Positions 35,430-40,897 of a stretch of 40,897 nt of DNA are shown here, in pieces. A model generated the notes under the pieces. The model had not been told where the DNA came from, did no database searches, and saw only the letters and a list, made by a program, of their open reading frames with translations. The translations under genes were made by a program, and so were the position numbers. Positions within the stretch are counted from its first letter, which is position 1. Each line of letters begins with the position of its first letter. The DNA is from Vicinamibacteria bacterium. GTDB lineage: Bacteria > Acidobacteriota > Vicinamibacteria > Fen-336 > JAGNNV01. Location: assembly GCA_039932395.1 (NCBI GenBank), contig JBDTQB010000003.1, forward strand, positions 1-40,897. Reading direction: 5' to 3'.

Positions 35430-37051
35430 ACAGCCTGCGACGGGAAGCCAACTCGCGTCTCGCGTCGGTGTCCCTGTTCCTGCTCTTTCTGATTGTTCCG
35501 TTCGAACCGCGATTCACCGTCCCCTTCGGATCGTTTCGTCTCTCTCTGATTGAAGCGGTCGCGGTTCCGTGTTTTGTCGCTCTCTTCATGACGACGCGCG
35601 GGCGCGGAATCGCCGCCTGGAAGTCTCCGACTCTTCGATGTCTCGCAGGTCTTGTGGCGGTGGCGCTCATCTCCGCCGCTGTTTCGGACGTTGAACCGTC
35701 GCGCGCCCTGAAGTTCGCGTTTCGTCTTGGCGCGATGACGGCTTTCGCCTTTCTGATCGCCCGGCTCACCGATACGGAACGTCGCTTGGGAATGATCGGT
35801 CTTGCGATCTCAGGTGCGATCGCTGCTGTGCTGGCCCTGCTTGAAGGTCTGGGCGTTCGCTCGCTCGACGTGATGCTCGGCGCCTTCCGGGAAATCCCTT
35901 TCAATGTCGCGGGCGTCCGTCGCGCGACGGCGGGCTCGGAGTACCCCAATCTTGGCGCTGCCATCATCGTCTACGCGCTTTTGATCGGTGCCGTGCGGCT
36001 CGGCGCCCAGCGATGGAAGCGCCTCGCCTGGGTCGCGCTCATGGCGAGCGGCCTCGTCTTCACCTATTCGCGGGGAGGCTGGCTTGCCGGACTCGCGGGC
36101 CTTTCGTCGATTGGCGCGGTTGAGTGGAAACGCGATCGAACCTCGTTCATGCCTGCCATCGCGTTCGCCCTGATCATCGGACTCTTCATCACGCGCGGGG
36201 AAATCTCACAGCTCCGCCTCGGTGGCGAGAATGCAAACGACTTTTACGCTGCGTCCTACAAAGTGCCGCTCCAACTTGCCATGGACCCGGGTGTCGGCAC
36301 GACGCTCCCGGTCACGATCCGAAACGTCGGCCGACGTGCGTGGCGAACGGCTGACGGGATCCACCTGTCGTATCACCTCTATGCATCGGGTGAACAGCCG
36401 CTCGTTGATGGGCCGCGCACCAACCTTCCTCATGACGTGCTTCCGGGAGAGTCGGTGACGATCCAGGCGTCCCTCCGCGCTCCTGTGAACTCAGGCGACT
36501 ATCTGGTGATGTGGGACCTCGTTCACGAGGGCACGACCTGGTTCTCCGGGCAGGGCGTCAAGCCAGGTGTGGTTCGCTTGATTGTGGGCAGCGACGCGCC
36601 GGAGGGGGAAGCTATTTCGGAAGCCGCCGCGATTCAGGCGATCCCGGACACGCTCGCCTGGAGGCCATCCCGCTGGGAACTCTGGTCGGTTGCTCTGCGG
36701 ATGTGGAAGTCGCATCCGCTGCTCGGCGTCGGCCCGGACAACTTCCGATGGACCTATGGAGCGGTCGCGGAGAAGTCGACGTTTGATACGCGGGTGTTCG
36801 CCAACAACATGTTTCTGGAGATCGCGGCGACTCTTGGCACGCTCGGCCTCGTCGCGTTCGTTGCCGGGCTCGTCGTTGCCCTGCGCCAGGGTTGGGCGCA
36901 GGCCCCGCATTCAGACGTCGCTCTGACCGCCTTCGCCATTCTCGTGGCCATGACGGTGCACGGGCTGGCTGACTATCTGCTCGCCTTCACGGGCCACTAT
37001 CTCGTGTTCGGATTCGCCATGGGTGCGTTGGCCCGCCGCCCGACGGTCTGA
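35426..37051 (+). CDS. O-antigen-ligase (Wzy_C)-like membrane protein with an inserted Ig-like (NBR1/FW-type) domain
   Basis: RATAGSEYPN, FTYSRGGW, RWELWSVALRMWKSHPLLGVGPDNF and NNMFLE..ATLG.LG. A soluble beta-rich insert runs from VTIRNVGRRAW through VLPGESV to WDLVHEGTTWF. Confidence 0.82.
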   Translation: MNSLRREANSRLASVSLFLLFLIVPFEPRFTVPFGSFRLSLIEAVAVPCFVALFMTTRGRGIAAWKSPTLRCLAGLVAVALISAAVSDVEPSRALKFAFRLGAMTAFAFLIARLTDTERRLGMIGLAISGAIAAVLALLEGLGVRSLDVMLGAFREIPFNVAGVRRATAGSEYPNLGAAIIVYALLIGAVRLGAQRWKRLAWVALMASGLVFTYSRGGWLAGLAGLSSIGAVEWKRDRTSFMPAIAFALIIGLFITRGEISQLRLGGENANDFYAASYKVPLQLAMDPGVGTTLPVTIRNVGRRAWRTADGIHLSYHLYASGEQPLVDGPRTNLPHDVLPGESVTIQASLRAPVNSGDYLVMWDLVHEGTTWFSGQGVKPGVVRLIVGSDAPEGEAISEAAAIQAIPDTLAWRPSRWELWSVALRMWKSHPLLGVGPDNFRWTYGAVAEKSTFDTRVFANNMFLEIAATLGTLGLVAFVAGLVVALRQGWAQAPHSDVALTAFAILVAMTVHGLADYLLAFTGHYLVFGFAMGALARRPTV

Positions 37052-37059
37052 GGCTGTCG

Positions 37060-38367
37060 TCAGTTTGGAAGGTGTTCGCGGGTCAGGTTGCGATGGCCCG
37101 AGGTCGTGACGACCACGTTGTCCTCGACGCGGATTCCGCCAAACGGCGCGAGCTGATCGATCAACGGCCAGTTGAAATCGGCCGAGGTCTCGCCGCTGCG
37201 ATGCGGTTCCAGCAACATCTGCACGAAGTAGATGCCTGGCTCAATGGTGAAGACATGTCCGACTTCCATCACTCGGGTATTGCGTAAGAACGGATGCGCC
37301 TCGGGAGGCGGCAGCACTCCGCCTTCGCGCGCCTTCTGGTGTCCGCCGATGTCGTGGACCTGAATGCCGAGATGATGGCCGACGCCGTGAGGGAAGAAGA
37401 CGGACGTGTAGTGCTCGTCGACCGCGGTGTCGATGGAACACTTCAGCACGCCGTGTTCGATCAGCGTCTCGCCGATCTTCCGGTGGGCGGCCAGGTGGAT
37501 GTCGACGTATGAGCCGCCCGGTTTCACCATGGCGCACAGCTCGAGCTGAAGCTTGTTGAGCGCGTCGGAGAGAGCCTTGAACTTCGGGTCGGCGGAAGGC
37601 GCCACGGACGTGCGCGTGATGTCGCAGCCGTATCCGTTGTCTGAAGCACCGGCGTCGAGCAAAAGGACCTTGCCGGATCCGGTCGCGCGCTTCGCGTGAT
37701 AGTGAAGGATCGCGCCCTTCTCGTCGAGGCAAACGATGGTGGGATAGGGAAGCGCGTCGTCCGTGCAGTCTGCGGCCTTGACGAACTCGTGATGAATGCC
37801 GAGTTCGCTTTGGCCCGCCAGGAATGCTTCGCGCGCCGCGTTGTGACCGCGAGCGCCGGCCGCGGTGGCGCGGCTCAGGCATTCGACTTCGTAGTCGGTC
37901 TTGACGGCGCGATCCCAATCCATGCGCTTGACCAGGGCTTCGGGATTGACCCTGAGGCCCGCGTCTTTCGCGCGCTGCTCATCGTCGCCCACGAACGCCG
38001 CGTTGCTGATCTCTCCGATTTTGTCGAACACGCCGCGGGCCGTGTCGGCTTCATCGATGTCGAACTCATTCGTCCAAAAATCGTTTGAGAAAGGAGCGCG
38101 TTCGTACCAATAGTCCTTGGGGGCCCAGCGGATCAGACGCGGTTTCGCGCCGGCCTTGATCACGATGGCGTGATGCGGTCCCTTGAGCGGGCAGAAGCTC
38201 GCGAAGTGCGGATTGGAGCGGAACGGCGGCTCCATATCGTCCGCGTAGTAGATCATCTGCGAACCAGCGCCCAGGACCACCGCGTCGAAACCTGTTTCCG
38301 TAAGCGTCTGGGTGGCCGTCTTCACCATCTTCGCGATGTGATCGCGGTACAGCTTCGAGAGATCCAT
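37060..38367 (-). CDS. pepQ: Xaa-Pro dipeptidase (prolidase, M24B)
   Basis: Start at ATG 38367. Motifs DD.EPPFRSNPHF, ILHY, LLDAGA, CDITRT, FFPHGVGHHLGIQVHDIG, FTIEPGIYF and GGIRVEDNV. Confidence 0.94.
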   Translation of the reverse strand: MDLSKLYRDHIAKMVKTATQTLTETGFDAVVLGAGSQMIYYADDMEPPFRSNPHFASFCPLKGPHHAIVIKAGAKPRLIRWAPKDYWYERAPFSNDFWTNEFDIDEADTARGVFDKIGEISNAAFVGDDEQRAKDAGLRVNPEALVKRMDWDRAVKTDYEVECLSRATAAGARGHNAAREAFLAGQSELGIHHEFVKAADCTDDALPYPTIVCLDEKGAILHYHAKRATGSGKVLLLDAGASDNGYGCDITRTSVAPSADPKFKALSDALNKLQLELCAMVKPGGSYVDIHLAAHRKIGETLIEHGVLKCSIDTAVDEHYTSVFFPHGVGHHLGIQVHDIGGHQKAREGGVLPPPEAHPFLRNTRVMEVGHVFTIEPGIYFVQMLLEPHRSGETSADFNWPLIDQLAPFGGIRVEDNVVVTTSGHRNLTREHLPN

Positions 38368-38489
38368 AAGGGTGAACGCTAGAAGCAGGACCGCTGCGTC
38401 GTCAAACGGCCGGGTCGGAAGCACGCGCCGTTCGCGTTCGCTCCGTCGTTAAGCCGGACGTCAGCTCCCGCTGCTACGGTGCGCGCACC

Positions 38490-39533
38490 ATGAATCGCTC
38501 CTCCCTCCGAATGTCCTCTTTGCTCGCGACTGTCGCGCTCTTCACTCTGAGTGGAAGGCCCACATCGGCGGCCGACGGCCCGTATGTCTTCAAGAAAGAC
38601 ATCGCCATCGGTGGCGAAGGCGGCTGGGATTATCTGTCGGTTGATGCAGCGGCGAGACGCCTCTACGTCACGCATGCCACCAAGGTGGTGGTCATCGACC
38701 TCGACACGGAAAAGGTTGTCGGCGAGGTTCCGAACACGCCGGGCGTCCACGGTTTTGCTATCGCGGCGGATCTCGGCCGTGCCTTTGCAAGCGCCGGCGC
38801 CTCCTCCAAGGCGTCGATCGTGGATCTGAAGACGCTGGCGCTGATCTCCCAGGTCGATACGGGCGCCAATCCGGATTCCATCCTCTATGAACCGTCGCGT
38901 CATGAGGTCTACACCTTCAACGGTCGCGGTCAGTCATCCACCGTCTTTGACGCGAAGACTGGCGCCGTGGTCGCGACCATCCCGCTCGACGGCAAGCCGG
39001 AATTCGCCCAGGTCGACGCGAAGCTCGGGCGCATCTACGTGAACATCGAAGACAAGAGCGTCATTCGCGCTATCGACATCAAGACTCACGCGGTCGTCGC
39101 GTCCTGGCCGCTGGCTCCCGGGGAAGAGCCCACCGGCCTGGCATTCGATCCGACCACGCGACGTCTGTTTGCCACCTGCGACAAGGTCATCATCGTACTC
39201 AATCCGGACAGCGGCAAGGTGGTGACGAGCCTCGTCACCGGCGACGGCGTTGATGCGATTGCCTTCGATCCTTCGACGAAATACATCCTGGCCTCGGCCT
39301 CCGATGAAACGTTGACCGTGGCCCATCTCGATTCCGCGGACCATCTCAGTCTGGTGCAGACGCTGAAGACGCCCGCCCGCGCCCGAACGCTGGCGCTTGA
39401 TCCGAAGACTCACAATCTTTACTTGGCTACGGCAACGTTCGAACCAGCGCCTCCCGCCACCGCCGCCACCCCGCGTCCTCGCCCCAAGATGGTCGCAGGC
39501 AGCTTCCGGGTCGCGGTCTTCGAGATGAAGTAG
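38490..39533 (+). CDS. Exported YncE/YVTN-type beta-propeller protein
   Basis: Signal peptide, GGEGGWDYLSVD, and repeated blades (GVHG, GANPD, GKPEF, EEPTGLAFD, GVDAIAFD, ARTLALD). Confidence 0.88.
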   Translation: MNRSSLRMSSLLATVALFTLSGRPTSAADGPYVFKKDIAIGGEGGWDYLSVDAAARRLYVTHATKVVVIDLDTEKVVGEVPNTPGVHGFAIAADLGRAFASAGASSKASIVDLKTLALISQVDTGANPDSILYEPSRHEVYTFNGRGQSSTVFDAKTGAVVATIPLDGKPEFAQVDAKLGRIYVNIEDKSVIRAIDIKTHAVVASWPLAPGEEPTGLAFDPTTRRLFATCDKVIIVLNPDSGKVVTSLVTGDGVDAIAFDPSTKYILASASDETLTVAHLDSADHLSLVQTLKTPARARTLALDPKTHNLYLATATFEPAPPATAATPRPRPKMVAGSFRVAVFEMK

Positions 39534-39591
39534 GCGGCCCTGGAGTCTTCCCGGACTCGGCTGATAGTGTGCCGGGCAAGGAGATTCCACG

Positions 39592-40641
39592 ATGAAGTAC
39601 AACCAGCTCGGCCGCACCGGCCTTTACGTTTCCGAGATCTGTCTCGGCACCATGACGTTTGGCGGCGGTGAGAACACCGGGATGTGGCAACAGATCGGAA
39701 ACCTTGGTCAGAGCCAGGTCGACGCGGTGATCGGTCGAGCGCTGAGCGCCGGCGTCAACTTCATCGACACCGCGGATATCTATTCTCTCGGCGCGTCCGA
39801 AACGCTGGTCGGTCAGGCCCTGAAGAATCTCGGAACCATCCGCAAGGACGTTGTGATCGCCACCAAGGTGTGCGGTGACATGGGTCCTGGTCCGAACGAT
39901 CGCGGCGTGTCGCGCGGGCACATCATGGATTCGGTCGATGGCAGCCTCAAGCGTCTGCAGATCGATCACATCGACCTGTATCAGGTTCACGCCAACGACA
40001 TCGTCACGCCGATCGACGAGACGCTGCGCGCGATGGATGACCTGGTTAAGGCGGGGAAAGTGCGCTACATCGGCATCTCCAACTGGTCCGCCTGGAAGAT
40101 TGCGAAGGCGCTGGGCATCAGCGAGGCCCGTGGCTACGCGCGCTTCGAGACGCTGCAGGCGTACTACTCGATCGCGGGTCGCGATCTTGAGCGCGAGCTT
40201 GTTCCCATGATCAAGGAAGAACGTCTCGGCTTGATGGTCTGGTCGCCGCTTGCTGGCGGTCTTCTCTCCGGTAAGTTCGGCCCGGGCGCGCCGACCGCGG
40301 AAGGTTCGCGTCGCTCCACCTTCGATTTTCCGCCCGTCAACAAGGATCGCGCGTGGCCCTGCGTCGCGGCCATGCGTGAGATCGGCGATGCGCACGGTGT
40401 CTCGGTTGCGCGTGTGGCGCTCGCCTGGATTCTGGCGAAGCCGTACGTCATGAGCATCATCATCGGAGCGAAGACGGTCGAGCAGCTCGATGACAACCTC
40501 GCCGCCACGACTCTGTCGCTCACCGCGGATGAGATGAAGAAGCTTGACGAGGTCAGCGCCTTGCCGTCCGAGTATCCCGGCTGGATGATTGATCGGCAGG
40601 GCGGCAACCGCGTGCCGAAGCCGTTTGTGCCGAAGGCTTAG
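39592..40641 (+). CDS. Aldo/keto reductase
   Basis: AAGGAG RBS. Motifs LGTMTFG, FIDTADIYS, IATK, SLKRLQIDHIDLYQVH, GKVRYIGISN, WSPLAGG and IIGAKTVEQL. Confidence 0.95.
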   Translation: MKYNQLGRTGLYVSEICLGTMTFGGGENTGMWQQIGNLGQSQVDAVIGRALSAGVNFIDTADIYSLGASETLVGQALKNLGTIRKDVVIATKVCGDMGPGPNDRGVSRGHIMDSVDGSLKRLQIDHIDLYQVHANDIVTPIDETLRAMDDLVKAGKVRYIGISNWSAWKIAKALGISEARGYARFETLQAYYSIAGRDLERELVPMIKEERLGLMVWSPLAGGLLSGKFGPGAPTAEGSRRSTFDFPPVNKDRAWPCVAAMREIGDAHGVSVARVALAWILAKPYVMSIIIGAKTVEQLDDNLAATTLSLTADEMKKLDEVSALPSEYPGWMIDRQGGNRVPKPFVPKA

Positions 40642-40897
40642 TTCGTCGACAGGCGTTTCGCGAGGGTCCGTCGTCTCGAGTTCGTTGCGAAGAGTTCGTG
40701 ATCGTCGTCCGGTTGCTTCCACTCATCGACCCAGGGTAAGAGGGCAGACGCTTCCATGGGCCGCGCGATGAAATAACCCTGAGCCATATCGCATTGGAGC
40801 GACCGGAGCAGGTCGAAGTCCGCTCGGGTCTCGACCCCCTCGGCCACCGAGGTGATCTTCAGCTTCCGCGCCATGCGCAGACTCGACTCAAGGATGA
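40638..40897 (-). CDS. EAL-domain protein, C-terminal fragment (5' part outside the window)
   Basis: ...ILESSLRMARKLKITSVAEGVET...CDMAQGYFIARPM is the typical EAL C-terminus. The frame stays open to the window edge, and the stop overlaps the AKR stop. Confidence 0.88.
   Translation of the reverse strand, partial: ILESSLRMARKLKITSVAEGVETRADFDLLRSLQCDMAQGYFIARPMEASALLPWVDEWKQPDDDHELFATNSRRRTLAKRLSTN

Noticed and set aside
38425-38447. GTTCGCGTTCGCTCCGT resembling GTTCGCGTCGTCGCTCCGT at 32471
   Set aside because: Short, imperfect and only two copies in GC-rich DNA; not enough to call a repeat family.
1-40897. CRISPR arrays, tRNA/rRNA, IS elements, prophage
   Set aside because: No spaced direct repeats, RNA-gene signatures, transposase, integrase or phage genes were seen, and nearly all sequence is explained by CDSs.

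Overview
GC-rich, gene-dense chromosomal segment from a diderm bacterium (it encodes an outer-membrane beta-barrel, a lipoprotein and a periplasmic adaptor). The gene set would fit an Acidobacteriota-like organism, but I cannot confirm taxonomy. About 35 CDSs tile the window, and two are cut by its edges. I found no rRNA, tRNA, CRISPR array, transposase or integrase. Main blocks: (i) a small K-channel-like protein / hypothetical / alpha-beta hydrolase operon; (ii) an orphan YgjP/M48 metallopeptidase; (iii) SGNH lipoprotein, lhr, nei and a CPBP protease; (iv) PilZ, porin and a DEAD-box helicase with a structured leader; (v) a zinc-ribbon protein next to a Dph6-like PP-loop enzyme; (vi) a MacA-like adaptor divergent from two MacB-like permeases, with no ATPase; (vii) a fatty-acid cluster of FabA/Z-like dehydratase, FabI, ECI1-like isomerase and acyl-ACP thioesterase; (viii) a CLC antiporter divergent from membrane-anchored OtsA, OtsB and MarR; (ix) pfk, a structured spacer, a Zn peptidase, a Ddl-like ATP-grasp ligase, an Fe-S D-lactate dehydrogenase and DedA; (x) a class II photolyase and an O-antigen-ligase-like protein, then pepQ, a beta-propeller, an AKR and an EAL fragment. 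The best candidates for uncharacterised systems are the coupled peptidase/ATP-grasp pair, the sensor-like OtsA fusion and the fatty-acid isomerase/thioesterase cluster. All family calls come from motif recognition by eye; no database searches were run.
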